Of a stretch of 64,000 nt of DNA, positions 19,948 to 31,036 are shown piece by piece (within the stretch, counting starts at the first letter, position 1; each line of letters opens with the position of its first letter). The notes beneath the pieces are model-generated. The model saw nothing but the letters and a program-made list of their open reading frames with translations, ran no database searches and had not been told where the DNA came from. Location: the NCBI RefSeq assembly GCF_057098645.1, contig NZ_CM169472.1, one strand, 5' to 3'. Position numbers and translations under genes: made by a program.

Positions 19948-20491
19948 GGTGTTTCTCCTTCTGATGAATCAGCGTCAGCAGCGTGTCGACCGACTGGCGC
20001 AGGCTACCGTCATTATTGAGCGTATGGCAATCCTGTGGAGTATAGCGGGCAGCGCGCGCCAGCCGGGCGTTAATTTCACTGGCGTTTTCGCGTCCACGGT
20101 TTTCCAGGCGCTGGCGCAGGATCTCTGGCGACACCTGTAAGCAGATGGGCAGCAGCGCCGATGCATAGCGCGCCCGCGCCTGCGGCAGATGGGCGCGTGA
20201 GCCGTTGACCAGCACGTCGAATCCGGCGTGCAGCCAGAGGTCAATCTCGACGCCGACGCCATAATACAGACCGTTGGCGTGCCAGCTTAAGGCCAGCAGA
20301 TTTTGCCCCGCGCGGGTAAAAAACTCCTGCTCGCTCAGGGCGATATGGTTTTCGCTTCCAGCGCTGGCATCGCGCGTGATGTAGCGATGCGCCACCAGTA
20401 GCTGCGCCTGTTCCCGCAGGCGGAGTTCCGCCAGCAGGCTGTCTTTCCCGGAGCCGGACGGCCCCATTAACCAAATCAGTTTTCCCGTCAT
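19934..20491 (-). CDS. phnN: Ribose 1,5-bisphosphate phosphokinase PhnN
   Basis: 185 aa; P-loop [10 protein letters not shown]; synteny. Confidence 0.9.
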
Positions 20492-21627
20492 CAGAACACC
20501 CTTTTACCCTGACGCCAGACGTGGTCGATATGAATGTGATTGCCCTTGCGATGCGCCAGCACCAGGTCCGCGCGATTGCCCTCGCCAATCACCCCGCGAT
20601 CCTGGAGATTAAGCGCTTGCGCCGGATTTTTAGTCACCAGCCTCACCGCCTGCGGCAGCGTAAAGCGGTTGCTCTGGTCATCGGCCACGCGGAACGCCGC
20701 ATCCAGCAGGCTGGCGGGGTAGTAGTCGGAAGAGAGGATATCCAGCAGGCCAAGCTGCGCCAGTTCACTGGCCGCCACGTTGCCGGAGTGCGAACCGCCG
20801 CGCACGATATTCGGCGCGCCCATCAGCACGTTCATGCCATGCTTGCGCGAGGCTTGTGCCGCTTCGAACGTGGTGGGAAATTCGGCGATCACGCTGCCAA
20901 GCTGGTGGGATTCGGCAACGTGGGCGTGCGTGGCGTCATCGTGGCTGGCGAGGGCAATTTGTCTTGCGCGGCACAGGGCGGCGATAGTTTCGCGATTCGG
21001 CTGCGACCAGCGTGCGGCGAGCGCCAGTTGCTCTTCTTCGTACTGCTGCATCTGCGCATCGGTGAGCGAGTATTTGCCCTGATAATACTCGCGATACTTC
21101 TCGCGGTTGGCGAACTGGCGCTGGCCCGGCGAGTGATCCATCAGCGACACCAGCGTCACCGGCTCGCGCTGCACCAGTTTTTCAAACAGCGGCAGCGTAG
21201 TGTGATGCGGCAGTTCGCAGCGCAGATGCAGGCGGTGCTCGGCGCGGTTGACGCCGCGTTTCTGCGTCTCTTCGATGGCGTTGATCATCTTCTCCAGATT
21301 TTCCAGCCGATCGCCGCCGTCGCGCACGTCGCCAATTGCTACGGCATCCAGTACGGTGGTGATGCCGCTCGCCACCATCAGCGCGTCGTGGCTGCTCATC
21401 GCCGAGTGGGCGGGCCAGTCCACTTTCGGGCGCGGGGTGAAGAATTTATCCAGGTTATCGGTATGCAGCTCAATCAGCCCCGGCAGCAGCCAGCCGCCTT
21501 CGCCGTCCATCGCCTCCGGCAGGCGGCTCTGGCTTTCGGCAAAGGCGCGGATTTCGCCGTCCTGCACCTCCAGCGAACCGTGTACCACCTCGTTTTCCAG
21601 CACCAGTTTGACGTTATTGATAATCAT
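20491..21627 (-). CDS. phnM: Triphosphoribosyl-phosphonate diphosphohydrolase PhnM (amidohydrolase family)
   Basis: 378 aa; synteny in phn operon. Confidence 0.9.
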   Translation of the reverse strand: MIINNVKLVLENEVVHGSLEVQDGEIRAFAESQSRLPEAMDGEGGWLLPGLIELHTDNLDKFFTPRPKVDWPAHSAMSSHDALMVASGITTVLDAVAIGDVRDGGDRLENLEKMINAIEETQKRGVNRAEHRLHLRCELPHHTTLPLFEKLVQREPVTLVSLMDHSPGQRQFANREKYREYYQGKYSLTDAQMQQYEEEQLALAARWSQPNRETIAALCRARQIALASHDDATHAHVAESHQLGSVIAEFPTTFEAAQASRKHGMNVLMGAPNIVRGGSHSGNVAASELAQLGLLDILSSDYYPASLLDAAFRVADDQSNRFTLPQAVRLVTKNPAQALNLQDRGVIGEGNRADLVLAHRKGNHIHIDHVWRQGKRVF

Positions 21628-22304
21628 GCAGAGGCTCCCATTGGGTGCAGGCGGTCGGCGACGTCATTGCGTACGGCTTCGTCATGGAAGATGCCGACGA
21701 TGGCCGCGCCGCGGGCTTTGGCTTCGCGGATCAGTTCGACTACGGCGGCGCTGTTTTTGGCGTCCAGCGAGGCGGTAGGTTCGTCGAGCAGCAGAATCGG
21801 GTAGTCGACGATAAAGCCGCGGGCGATGTTGACGCGCTGCTGTTCGCCGCCGGAGAAGGTCGATGGCGCCAGATGCCACAGGCGTTCCGGCACGTTCAGG
21901 CGGGTGAGCAGACGCGCGGCTTTAGCGGCGCAGGCTTCACGCGGAACGCCGGTATCGAGCAGCGGCTGCATCACCACTTCCAGCGCCGAAATACGCGGGA
22001 TGACGCGCAGAAACTGGCTCACCCAGCCAACGGTGGTTTTGCGGATTTCCACCACTTTGCGCGCTGGCGCGGTGACCAGATCGACCCATTCGTCACCGTG
22101 TTTGATCTGGATTTGCCCTTCGTCGGGCAGATAGTTGGCGTACAGCGAGCGTAGCAGGGTTGATTTTCCGCTGCCGGAATGGCCGTGGAGCACCACGCAT
22201 TCGCCCGCGTTGACGGTGAGCGAGGCGCGGTTGAGGACGGGCAGGCGCACGCCGTTTTGCTGGTGCAGGATGAAGGTTTTACTGACGTTTTGTACGTTAA
22301 TCAT
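21624..22304 (-). CDS. phnL: C-P lyase ATP-binding component PhnL
   Basis: Internal start [11 protein letters not shown] (226 aa); ORF-track N-terminal extension is read-through of a REP element; Walker [10 protein letters not shown]. Confidence 0.85.
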   Translation of the reverse strand: MINVQNVSKTFILHQQNGVRLPVLNRASLTVNAGECVVLHGHSGSGKSTLLRSLYANYLPDEGQIQIKHGDEWVDLVTAPARKVVEIRKTTVGWVSQFLRVIPRISALEVVMQPLLDTGVPREACAAKAARLLTRLNVPERLWHLAPSTFSGGEQQRVNIARGFIVDYPILLLDEPTASLDAKNSAAVVELIREAKARGAAIVGIFHDEAVRNDVADRLHPMGASA

Positions 22305-22324
22305 TTTTCGCCTCGTGGTTCGGG

Positions 22325-22412
<88 letters not shown>

Positions 22413-22414
22413 GC

Positions 22415-23173
22415 TCAATTCTGCAAAACCGATGACACCAGCAGTTGGGTATACGGATGGTGCGGGTCGTCGAGCACGCGGTCGGTTAACCCACTCTCCA
22501 CCACCTTCCCCTGCTTCATCACCAGCAAACGGTCCGCCAGCAGGCGGGCGACGCCCAGATCATGGGTGACAATCACCACCGCCAGATTCAGCTCCACCAC
22601 CAGACCGCGCAGCAGGTCGAGCAGGCGCGCCTGCACCGACACATCCAGCCCGCCGGTTGGTTCGTCCATAAATACCAGCTTCGGATGCGTCACCAGGTTG
22701 CGGGCAATCTGCAAACGTTGCTGCATGCCGCCGGAAAAGGTGGTCGGCAGGTCGTCGATACGGTTGGCGGGAATTTCCACCTCTTCCAGCCACTTCTGCG
22801 CGGTGGCGCGAATATCGCCGTAATGACGCGCCCCGGTCGCCATCAGCCGCTCGCCGATATTGCCCCCTGCCGAGACCTGGCGGCGCAGGCCGTCGAGCGG
22901 ATGCTGATGCACTACGCCCCATTCGGTGCGCAGCAGGCGACGGCGGTCGGCCTCGCTCATGCCATAGAGGGAACGGTTTTCATAGTGAATCTCCCCCTGC
23001 TGCGGCGTCAGACGCGCGGAAATTGATTTCAGCAGCGTGGTCTTCCCGGAGCCGGACTCCCCGACAATGCCCAGCACTTCCCCCGGCCATAAATCAAAAG
23101 AGACATCGCTAAAGCCTTTGCCCGGCGCGTAAAGGTGGGTCAGGTTATTGACCGAAAGTAACGGTTGATTCAT
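22415..23173 (-). CDS. phnK: C-P lyase ATP-binding component PhnK
   Basis: Internal start [15 protein letters not shown] (252 aa); Walker [10 protein letters not shown]. Confidence 0.9.
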   Translation of the reverse strand: MNQPLLSVNNLTHLYAPGKGFSDVSFDLWPGEVLGIVGESGSGKTTLLKSISARLTPQQGEIHYENRSLYGMSEADRRRLLRTEWGVVHQHPLDGLRRQVSAGGNIGERLMATGARHYGDIRATAQKWLEEVEIPANRIDDLPTTFSGGMQQRLQIARNLVTHPKLVFMDEPTGGLDVSVQARLLDLLRGLVVELNLAVVIVTHDLGVARLLADRLLVMKQGKVVESGLTDRVLDDPHHPYTQLLVSSVLQN

Positions 23174-24015
23174 TGGTTTTTTGCCTCGCTCTGTTGGCGG
23201 CAATAATCGGTATCGGAGCAGACAAACATGCGGTTTCCGGCGTCATCCAGCACCACTTCATCAAGATAGCTGTGGGTCGATCCGCAGATGGCGCATGGTT
23301 CATCCCACTGCTGAACGGTGAACGGGTGATCGTCGAAATCGAGGCTTTCCACGCGGGTAAACGGCGGCACCGCATAGATGCGCTTCTCGCGCCCCGCGCC
23401 GAACAGTTGCAGGGCGGGCATCATGTCCATTTTCGGGTTATCGAATTTCGGGATCGGCGACGGGTCCATTACGTAGCGCCCGTTCACCTTCACCGGATAG
23501 GCGTAGGTGGTGGCGATATGACCGAAGCGGGCGATATCTTCATACAGCTTCACCTGCATCACGCCGTACTCCTCCAGCGCGTGCATGGTGCGGGTTTCCG
23601 TTTCGCGCGGCTCGATAAAGCGCAGCGGTTCGGGGATCGGCACCTGGAAAATAATGATCTGATCTTCCGTCAGCGGCGTTTCGGGGATGCGGTGGCGGGT
23701 CTGGATAAGCGTCGCATCGTCCGTGCGCTCGGTGGTGTTCACCCCGGTCACGCGCTTAAAGAAGTTGCGAATCGATACGGCGTTGGTGGTGTCATCCGCG
23801 CCCTGGTCAATCACCTTCAACACGTCGCTTTCGCCAATCACGCTGGCGGTGAGTTGTATGCCACCGGTTCCCCAGCCGTATGGCATCGGCATCTCGCGCC
23901 CGCCAAACGGCACCTGATAACCGGGGATCGCCACCGCTTTTAAGATGGCGCGGCGGATCATGCGTTTGGTCTGCTCGTCGAGGTAGGCAAAGTTGTAGCC
24001 GCTCAGATTAGCCAT
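23170..24015 (-). CDS. phnJ: C-P lyase core radical SAM enzyme PhnJ
   Basis: Internal start MANLSGYNFAYLDEQTKR (281 aa); C-terminal CxxCxxxxxxxxC-like Cys motif. Confidence 0.9.
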   Translation of the reverse strand: MANLSGYNFAYLDEQTKRMIRRAILKAVAIPGYQVPFGGREMPMPYGWGTGGIQLTASVIGESDVLKVIDQGADDTTNAVSIRNFFKRVTGVNTTERTDDATLIQTRHRIPETPLTEDQIIIFQVPIPEPLRFIEPRETETRTMHALEEYGVMQVKLYEDIARFGHIATTYAYPVKVNGRYVMDPSPIPKFDNPKMDMMPALQLFGAGREKRIYAVPPFTRVESLDFDDHPFTVQQWDEPCAICGSTHSYLDEVVLDDAGNRMFVCSDTDYCRQQSEAKNQ

Positions 24016-25072
24016 GGTTCTGCTCCTGTTGCAGACGTTTGAGTAGCTCCAGTTCGGCCTGGAAATCGACGTAGTGCGGGAGTTTGAGGTGCGAGACAAA
24101 GCCTGCGGCTTCGACGTTGTCGGCATGCGCCAGCACGAACTCTTCATCCTGCGCCGGGCCTGTCGCGTGCTCGCCGTACTCCGGGGCCTGCAACGCACGA
24201 TCGACTAGCGCCATTGCCATCGCTTTGCGCTCGCTCATGCCGAACACCAGCCCGTAGCCGCGTGTAAAATGCGGTGGTTCATCCGGCGGATCGATAAAAC
24301 CGTTGACCATTTCACACTCGGTCATCAGCAGTTCGCCGACGTTTACCGCAAATCCCAGCTCTTCCGGCACAATCGACACGTCGATGTAACCACTGCGGAT
24401 TTCACCCGCGAACGGGTGATTGCGCCCGTAACCGCGTTGGGTGGAGTAGGCCAGCGCCAGCAAATAGCCTTCGTCGCCGCGCATCAACTGCTGCAAACGG
24501 GAAGAACGTGAGCAGGGGTAAACCGGCGGCGTGCGGGTGATGTCATCCGGCTGTGCGCCGCTATCCTCTTCAAACTTCGCCAGCCCCTGACGCGCAAGCA
24601 GGCTGAAAACGTGCGGCGACGGCTGTTGTTCGCTGTCGGCGGTGGTCAGCGTTGGCGCTTCGCCGTTTGCCAGCAGGGTGAAATCGAGCAGGCGATGGGT
24701 GTAGTCGTAGGTTGGGCCAAGCAGTTGGCCGCCGGGAATATCTTTATAAACAGCGGAGATACGCCGTTCGAGACGCATCCCGGTGGTGTCGAGCGGTTCG
24801 CTCACCGCCAGCTTCGCCAGCGTGGTGCGGTAGGCGCGCAGCAGAAAAATCGCTTCGACGTTATCGCCGCTGGCCTGTTTCAGCGCCAGCGCCGCCAGTT
24901 CGCGGTCGGCAATGCCGCCTTCGGTCATCACGCGATCTACCGCGAGGTTAAGCTGCTGTTCAATCTGGGCGACGCTCAGTTCGGGCAAATCGGTATCGCC
25001 CCGGCGTCGGCTCTCTTGCAGGGCGTGGGCGGCGTCGATCGCCTTTTCGCCCCCTTTTACGGCAACGTACAT
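24008..25072 (-). CDS. phnI: C-P lyase core complex subunit PhnI
   Basis: Start [12 protein letters not shown]; synteny. Confidence 0.9.
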   Translation of the reverse strand: MYVAVKGGEKAIDAAHALQESRRRGDTDLPELSVAQIEQQLNLAVDRVMTEGGIADRELAALALKQASGDNVEAIFLLRAYRTTLAKLAVSEPLDTTGMRLERRISAVYKDIPGGQLLGPTYDYTHRLLDFTLLANGEAPTLTTADSEQQPSPHVFSLLARQGLAKFEEDSGAQPDDITRTPPVYPCSRSSRLQQLMRGDEGYLLALAYSTQRGYGRNHPFAGEIRSGYIDVSIVPEELGFAVNVGELLMTECEMVNGFIDPPDEPPHFTRGYGLVFGMSERKAMAMALVDRALQAPEYGEHATGPAQDEEFVLAHADNVEAAGFVSHLKLPHYVDFQAELELLKRLQQEQNHG

Positions 25073-25656
25073 CAGCACACCTCCACATGAGTGGTTCGCG
25101 GAATAGCCAGCAGGCGTTCGCCGCAGGTCAGGATCAGGTCGATGCCGAGCGGGAACGGGTGCGGGCGCTCGGTGAGTTCGTGCAGAATGCTCTCCGGCAG
25201 CTGCGGAGCGATCATTCGTTCTTCGGCAATACCCGCGCCGGTGAGGCGCAGCATGCGCCCGCCGCTCAGGCTGGCAACCTGTAAAATCAGCGTTGCGCCC
25301 GCTTCCGGCGCAACGGCGGTGCCGGTGGAAAGGGCGTTAAGCTGTTCGCTGGAAATCGCCTCATCCGTTACCGCGAAGGTCGCCTGTTCCGGCTGGCTGA
25401 CCAGCGGCGCGTTGGTATGAAAACGCAGGCTCTGGTTGACGATATCGTTACTTAATGGCGCGGAAAGCCACACCGGCGTGTCGTTATCGGCCAGCGTCAG
25501 CAGCACGCTGGTGGTGGCGATATTCAGCGGCTGCCAGCCGCGTTTGAGCTGATGCAGGGCGACAATCACGCCCGGCTCGCTCATGGCCTTTAACAGGCGA
25601 CGAAAACTGTGCTGGGCATCCTGCACAGGAAGCATAAAAGCGGTTTCCAGGGTCAT
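25072..25656 (-). CDS. phnH: C-P lyase core complex subunit PhnH
   Basis: 194 aa; synteny. Confidence 0.9.
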   Translation of the reverse strand: MTLETAFMLPVQDAQHSFRRLLKAMSEPGVIVALHQLKRGWQPLNIATTSVLLTLADNDTPVWLSAPLSNDIVNQSLRFHTNAPLVSQPEQATFAVTDEAISSEQLNALSTGTAVAPEAGATLILQVASLSGGRMLRLTGAGIAEERMIAPQLPESILHELTERPHPFPLGIDLILTCGERLLAIPRTTHVEVC

Positions 25657-26105
25657 GCGTTATCTCCGCGAACCATCGTAAAGAAATCGACCCGGCTGGT
25701 GTTCACTTCGGCCTGGCGTGCGGCAATGCGTGCCATACGGTCAGCGTCCAGCGGGGCAATAAGGGTTTCTGATAAGTTTTGAAAATGGCGGGTTTGCTGC
25801 ATCAGCGCGTCAATCAGCGCGCAGCGTTCGGCGTGCTGTTTGTCGCGCCCCAGCACCCAGCTGTAGCCGAGCGTGCCGTCAGCCAGGCGTACGGCGGCGC
25901 GGGTGAGCGTGGCGTCGCCAGCAAAAAAGCGTTCGCCAGTGCCGCCCATCCGCGCCTGAATCTGTACCAGGCCGGTTTCAGCGGCGCGGATCACCTCATA
26001 GTCGGCGGTGATGTTCAGCGCGTTCAGGCGGGCTGCCAGTTCAGCCGGTTGGCTGTGCGCCAGTACGGACATCCAGTGCTGGCGGGTCGCGGTATCTGCG
26101 TGCAT
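25653..26105 (-). CDS. phnG: C-P lyase core complex subunit PhnG
   Basis: 150 aa; synteny. Confidence 0.9.
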   Translation of the reverse strand: MHADTATRQHWMSVLAHSQPAELAARLNALNITADYEVIRAAETGLVQIQARMGGTGERFFAGDATLTRAAVRLADGTLGYSWVLGRDKQHAERCALIDALMQQTRHFQNLSETLIAPLDADRMARIAARQAEVNTSRVDFFTMVRGDNA

Positions 26106-26831
26106 TCAGTGCTCCATAGTGAATTCAATCATGTCGGCGCGCGTCAGGCTGACGGAGTACTCCGCCGGGCTGCTTTCACCGTCACGGTGGTTAAGGGTGC
26201 GCACGCACAGCAGCGGCGACATATTCGGAATTTCAAGACGCTGACACTCTTTGGCCTGGGCGCGGCGGGCGCTGATCCGCGTCTGGCTGCGGCGCAGCGC
26301 AATTCCCGTTTGCTCGCGCAGAAAATCGTGCAGCGAACCGCTGTCGAAGCGTTGCAGCGTCGGCCAGAGGGTGAGGTCCGCAAAGTAGTGGTCGATTAAA
26401 CAGAGCGCGACGCCGTTGACCCGGCGCAGGGTGCGCAGGTGGATGACGTTCTCCCCCTCGGCGATACCCAGTGCGTCTGCGACGTGACCGGAAGCCGGAC
26501 GCAATACTGACAGCAGTTTTTCGCTGGTGGGATGGCTGCCCTGGTCCAGCAGGTTCTGGCTAAAACGCGCCTGGGCGTTGAGCGGGTAATCGAACGGGCG
26601 CATCAGCACCAGCACGCCGACGCCCTGACGGCGCTGTACCCAGCCTTTTTCCACCAGTTGGTCGATGGCGCGACGCAGGGTGTGGCGATTTACCTCAAAG
26701 CGCGCTGCCAGTTGCTGCTCGGCGGGGAGATAGTCGCCGCAGCGGTAGTGTTGACGAAGCTCCTGCTCAAGTTTTGCGGCTATCTCCTGATAGCGTGTTG
26801 GGTAGCTGGTCGGATGTGTAGACAAGTGCAT
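26106..26831 (-). CDS. phnF: GntR-family transcriptional repressor PhnF
   Basis: 241 aa from MHLSTHP; N-terminal GntR HTH and UTRA-like C-terminus. Confidence 0.85.
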   Translation of the reverse strand: MHLSTHPTSYPTRYQEIAAKLEQELRQHYRCGDYLPAEQQLAARFEVNRHTLRRAIDQLVEKGWVQRRQGVGVLVLMRPFDYPLNAQARFSQNLLDQGSHPTSEKLLSVLRPASGHVADALGIAEGENVIHLRTLRRVNGVALCLIDHYFADLTLWPTLQRFDSGSLHDFLREQTGIALRRSQTRISARRAQAKECQRLEIPNMSPLLCVRTLNHRDGESSPAEYSVSLTRADMIEFTMEH

Positions 26832-26851
26832 AGCTATCAATGCCTCGCTAA

Positions 26852-27631
26852 TCAGATAAAGTGCTTACGCAACCGTTGAGAGAGGAAATCCAGCAGACTG
26901 ACCGTGACGATAATCAGCACCATCAGGGCGCAGGTTTGCTGGAACTGGAAACCGCGAATCGCTTCCCACAGCGTGACGCCGATCCCGCCCGCGCCGACCA
27001 TGCCGACGACGGTCGCCGAGCGGACGTTGGATTCGAAGCGATAGAGGGAGTAGGAGATCAGCAGCGGCATCACCTGCGGCAGCACGCCGTAGAGGATCTC
27101 TTCGAGCTTGTTAGCGCCGGTGGCGCGAATGCCTTCCACCGGGCCGGGTTCAATCGCTTCCACCGCTTCGGAAAGCAGTTTGGAGAGCACGCCGGTGGTG
27201 TGGATAAACAGCGCCAACACGCCAGCGAACGGGCCGAGGCCGACGGCGACCACGAACAGCATGGCGAAGACCATTTCGTTAATGGCGCGGCAGGCGTCCA
27301 TCAGGCGGCGAACGGGCTGGTAAACCCACCACGGCACCAGGTTTTCGGCGCTCATCAGGCCGAAGGGGATGGAGAGAACCACCGCCAGCGCGGTGCCCCA
27401 GACGGCGATTTGCAGCGTGACGGCCATTTCGGTGAGGTAATCCTGCCACTGGCTGAAATCAGGCGGGAAGAAGTCGGCGGCGAAAGTCGCCATGTTGCCG
27501 CCGTCTTTAATCAGCGTGAGCGGGGCCATTTCCGCGCCCTGCCACGAGACGACCAACACGGCGAGAACAACGGCCCAGCTCAGAAGCGAGAACCAGCTGC
27601 GCTTGGGTGGGGCGATGGTGATGGTTTGCAT
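26852..27631 (-). CDS. phnE: Phosphonate ABC transporter permease PhnE (apparently intact)
   Basis: Start at MQTITIAPP (259 aa); continuous permease with EAA-type loop ([30 protein letters not shown]); ORF-track extension runs into a REP. Confidence 0.8.
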
Positions 27632-27644
27632 GTTTGGCTCCGGT

Positions 27645-27735
27645 CTGTAGGCCGGATAAGGTGCTTGCACCGCATCCGGCATCAACGCCTGCACATTGTC
27701 GGATGCGACGCCGGGGCGTCTTATCCGACCTACGA
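27645..27735. repeat. REP pair (BIME-like) between phnD and phnE
   Basis: GTAGGCCGGATAAGGTGCTTGCACCGCATCCGGCAT and CGGATGCGACGCCGGGGCGTCTTATCCGACCTACG in inverted orientation. Confidence 0.85.
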
Positions 27736-27736
27736 T

Positions 27737-28753
27737 TTACTGCACCGCTTTACTCACCGAACTCATCGCGCTTAGCGCGTTGTTCAGGCGGTCCAGGTCA
27801 TCCAGCTGCGCCTGAATCTCGGTGGTTTTTGCCAGCTTGTCCTGCTCATTCAGTCCTTTATTGCTTTTTACGCCCTGCATCTCTTTAAAGAGTGCGAGCT
27901 GGCGAATCGGCACCAGTTGCAGGTCGCTGGAGGCGCGGAACGGGGCCCAGCCCAGGCGTTCCAGCACCGCTTTCTCTTCCGGCGTCTTGCCGTAATTCAT
28001 AAAGAAGTCGTAGAGCTTGTCTTTGGTGGTTTCGGAAAGATTTTTGCGCCAGACGATCGGATCGCCTGGGATCAGCGGCGACTTCCAGATCACTTTCAGT
28101 TCTTTCAGCTTGTCCGGTGCGGAGGTTTTCAGCTTGTCGAGGTTTTCGGTGTTGTTGGTCGCCACATCCACCTGCTTGTTGGCGACGGCCAGCGCGTTGG
28201 TTTCATGCCCGGCGTTGACGGTGCGCTTGAAGTCGCTGGCGGAGATATTGTTTTTAGCGAAGACGTAGTAACCGGGGACGAGGAAGCCAGAGGTGGAGTT
28301 AGGATCGCCATTGCCGAAGGTGAGATCTTTCCGCTTCGCCAGCAGATCGTTCAGGTTGTTGATCGGGCTGTCTTTGTTGACGATTAACACGCTCCAGTAA
28401 CCCGGCGATCCATCCGCCGCGACGGTCTGAGCGAAGACCTGACCGTTGGCGCGATCCACTGCTTCCATCGCCGACAGGTTGCCGTACCAGGCGATATCCA
28501 CTTTGTTGAAACGCATTCCCTGGATAATGCCCGCGTAGTCCGGGGCAAAGAAGGCGTTGACCTTCACGCCCAGCTTCTTCTCCATATCCTGTAAAAACGG
28601 CGTCCATTGCGGTTTCAGGTTTTGCTGTGATTCCGTTGAAATAATGCCGAAATTCAGCGCCTTTTCCTGCTCTTCGGCGTGTGCCGGGCTTAACAGGGTG
28701 CTGAGGCTGAACATGCTGGTGAAGGCCAGCGAGGCAATTATCTTAGCGTTCAT
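27737..28753 (-). CDS. phnD: Periplasmic phosphonate-binding protein PhnD
   Basis: 338 aa with signal peptide ...SPAHA-EE; synteny. Confidence 0.9.
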   Translation of the reverse strand: MNAKIIASLAFTSMFSLSTLLSPAHAEEQEKALNFGIISTESQQNLKPQWTPFLQDMEKKLGVKVNAFFAPDYAGIIQGMRFNKVDIAWYGNLSAMEAVDRANGQVFAQTVAADGSPGYWSVLIVNKDSPINNLNDLLAKRKDLTFGNGDPNSTSGFLVPGYYVFAKNNISASDFKRTVNAGHETNALAVANKQVDVATNNTENLDKLKTSAPDKLKELKVIWKSPLIPGDPIVWRKNLSETTKDKLYDFFMNYGKTPEEKAVLERLGWAPFRASSDLQLVPIRQLALFKEMQGVKSNKGLNEQDKLAKTTEIQAQLDDLDRLNNALSAMSSVSKAVQ

Positions 28754-28777
28754 TCGTTTTCCTCAATGATGGGGATG

Positions 28778-29566
28778 TCAGGCAGCTTTCGCGTTCTCTT
28801 CGACGCGGTTAATACTGCGGTAGAGATGGTCAAAACGTTCGTTATCAAACTGTTGGCTGCTACCGTCGTAGAAGACGTGTCCCTGACGCAGGGCGACGAT
28901 GCGTTCGCAGTAGCGCAGGGCGTAATCCACCTGATGCAGCGTGACGACCACGGTGATGCCGTCGTTCTGATTGATGTCGCGCAGGGTGTCCATCACGATG
29001 CGGGCGGATTCCGGGTCCAGCGAGGCGATGGGGTCATCGGCCAGAATCACCTTCGCCTGCTGCATCAGCGCGCGGGCAATCGCCACACGCTGCTGCTGGC
29101 CGCCGGAGAGCGTGGAAACGCGCTGATGGGCAAAATGCACCATGCCAACGCGGGTTAGCGCCTGTAATGCGCGCTGTTTCTGCTCGCCGGTGAACCAACT
29201 TAAACAGGTGCGCCAGAACGGCGTGCTGCCGAGCGCGCCAATCAGCACGTTCTCCAGTACGCTCAGGCGGTTCACCAGGTTGAATTGTTGGAAGATGTAG
29301 CCGGTATGGGCGCGGCTTTTGCGGATATCGCGGGCCAGACGGCCTTCGCGCTGGACAGTGCGGCCCAGTAGCTCGATATGGCTACCGGCGGATTTATCGC
29401 CGGTAATCAAACCGCTTAAATGACGTAAAAGGGTGGATTTGCCGGAACCGGACGGCCCAAGCAGAGCCACCATTTCACCATGATGGATATTCAGATCAAC
29501 CGCGTGCAGCGCCTGATGCTGATTGAAGGTTTTGCTCAGTTGTTCGACGCGGATAATCGTTTGCAT
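28778..29566 (-). CDS. phnC: Phosphonate ABC transporter ATP-binding protein PhnC
   Basis: 262 aa; Walker [18 protein letters not shown] signature. Confidence 0.9.
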   Translation of the reverse strand: MQTIIRVEQLSKTFNQHQALHAVDLNIHHGEMVALLGPSGSGKSTLLRHLSGLITGDKSAGSHIELLGRTVQREGRLARDIRKSRAHTGYIFQQFNLVNRLSVLENVLIGALGSTPFWRTCLSWFTGEQKQRALQALTRVGMVHFAHQRVSTLSGGQQQRVAIARALMQQAKVILADDPIASLDPESARIVMDTLRDINQNDGITVVVTLHQVDYALRYCERIVALRQGHVFYDGSSQQFDNERFDHLYRSINRVEENAKAA

Positions 29567-29604
29567 GATGCAGCCTCCCTAAAAAAGTGGCTCCATCGTG
29601 GCGG

Positions 29605-29660
29605 ATTATTGTGACGATTTGGTTAATTAAAAGTGACTAACAGATGAAGAGTTAACGGGA
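29605..29660 (-). promoter_or_regulatory. Pho box (PhoB-binding direct repeats) of the phnC promoter
   Basis: In phn sense: CTGTTAG-TCAC-TTTTAAT-TAAC-CAAATCG-TCAC, i.e. 7-bp CTGTCAT-like repeats with 4-bp spacers upstream of phnC; coordinates approximate. Confidence 0.6.
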
Positions 29661-29698
29661 ATTCGATGACAGTGCGGGAGGGCGGGCCTCCCGGCGGA

Positions 29699-30142
29699 TT
29701 ATTGCGTTGGTTGTTGTTTGACGACATTAATCATCCACGGTACGCCAAATTTATCGGTGACTTTGCCGAAGCCATGCGCCCAGAAAGTTTCCTGCCAGGC
29801 CATTTCGATTTTTCCGTTAGCGGCAAGGTTATCAAACCAGCGTTTTCCTTCTTCGACCTGTTGCGAATCGAGCACCAGCGTAAAGCCGGAGTAGCTGGCT
29901 TTTCCTGATGGTATAGCATCGCTCATCATGATATCGCTTCCGGCAATACGCACGTTGGCATGAGCGATGGCAGTATCGGGAAATTGCATTCCGGAAGGGC
30001 AGCCTTCGGCGCTGTCCTGCGCTGATTTTGGCATTTCGCCGAAGCTGATTTTATAGAGCAGTTCCGCGCCCAACGTACGTTGATAATAAGCAATTGCGTC
30101 GGCACAGTTACCGGCAAAAGAGAGGTAGGGACTTAACGGCAT
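29699..30142 (-). CDS. yjdN: Glyoxalase/VOC-family protein (PhnB-like)
   Basis: 147 aa; synteny between phnC and phnA. Confidence 0.8.
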   Translation of the reverse strand: MPLSPYLSFAGNCADAIAYYQRTLGAELLYKISFGEMPKSAQDSAEGCPSGMQFPDTAIAHANVRIAGSDIMMSDAIPSGKASYSGFTLVLDSQQVEEGKRWFDNLAANGKIEMAWQETFWAHGFGKVTDKFGVPWMINVVKQQPTQ

Positions 30143-30203
30143 GATGGTGACCTCAGTTAAGAGAAGCCAGTTAAGTGTAGTTCGAAATTTATACAGATGA
30201 GAG

Positions 30204-30283
30204 GCGGCCTGATAAGACGCGCGAGCGTCGCATCAGGCATCTGGCACCGTTGCCGGATGCGGCGTAAACGCCTTATCCGGCTT
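30204..30283. repeat. REP pair between yjdN and phnA
   Basis: GGCCTGATAAGACGCGCGAGCGTCGCATCAGGC and GCCGGATGCGGCGTAAACGCCTTATCCGGC. Confidence 0.85.
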
Positions 30284-30299
30284 ACCGATCACAATACAA

Positions 30300-30635
30300 T
30301 CAGTTCTTTTTCACAAACTCAGATTTCAGTTTCATCGGACCAAAACCGTCGATTTTGCAATCGATGTTATGGTCGCCTTCAACCAGGCGGATGTTTTTCA
30401 CTTTGGTGCCAATTTTCAGCATCGAAGAGCTACCTTTCACCTTCAGATCTTTAATGATGGTAACGCTGTCGCCGTCAGCCAGCAGATTGCCGTTAGCATC
30501 TTTAACGATCAGCTCGTCGCTTTCCTGTGCAGGTTCTGCGTCGTTCCATTCGTAGGCACATTCCGGGCAGATGTACATGCCGTTATCTTCGTAGGTGTAT
30601 TCGGAGTTGCATTTTGGGCAGTGTGGTAATGACAT
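30300..30635 (-). CDS. phnA: Zinc-ribbon protein PhnA/YjdM (111 aa)
   Basis: Internal start [33 protein letters not shown]-track upstream extension is unlikely to be translated. Confidence 0.85.
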
Positions 30636-31036
30636 GTGGATTTCCTCAAAAGTCAGCAGGGCAAAAGCGCCAAAAAACGGCAGATTGCCGAAAAAGGCCG
30701 CAATTATACACAAAATCCCTGAGTTTGTCGGGGGTACTGCTGATTTTAGACGACGATCGTTTTCATTTGAAAGGAAACGCAAAAAGAAAATAATCTTTTT
30801 GCCTCCATTTATTATTTAAGATAAGGTTAATGCTCTACTTGTTCTTTTTTTTATTCACATGATATTTTTATCTTTCTGACGTTTTAAACGTATCGGAAGA
30901 TGTTATTTATTCTAATAAAAAACAACACTCTAAATATAAAATTATTTCTTGCAGTAATTATAAAAGCCGAAAACAGAACTCAAAAACAATCTGGCTAAAT
31001 AAAAGTAATAAAATTTGCTTTAAGGAAGAATTTTCT

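Noticed and set aside
20521..21804. 427-aa plus-strand ORF
   Set aside because: Antisense to phnM/phnL; the sense-strand genes have clear family matches and operon context.
26861..27775. 304-aa plus-strand ORF rich in His/Gly/Arg/Asp
   Set aside because: Antisense to phnE and phnD and runs through a REP element; composition is not protein-like.
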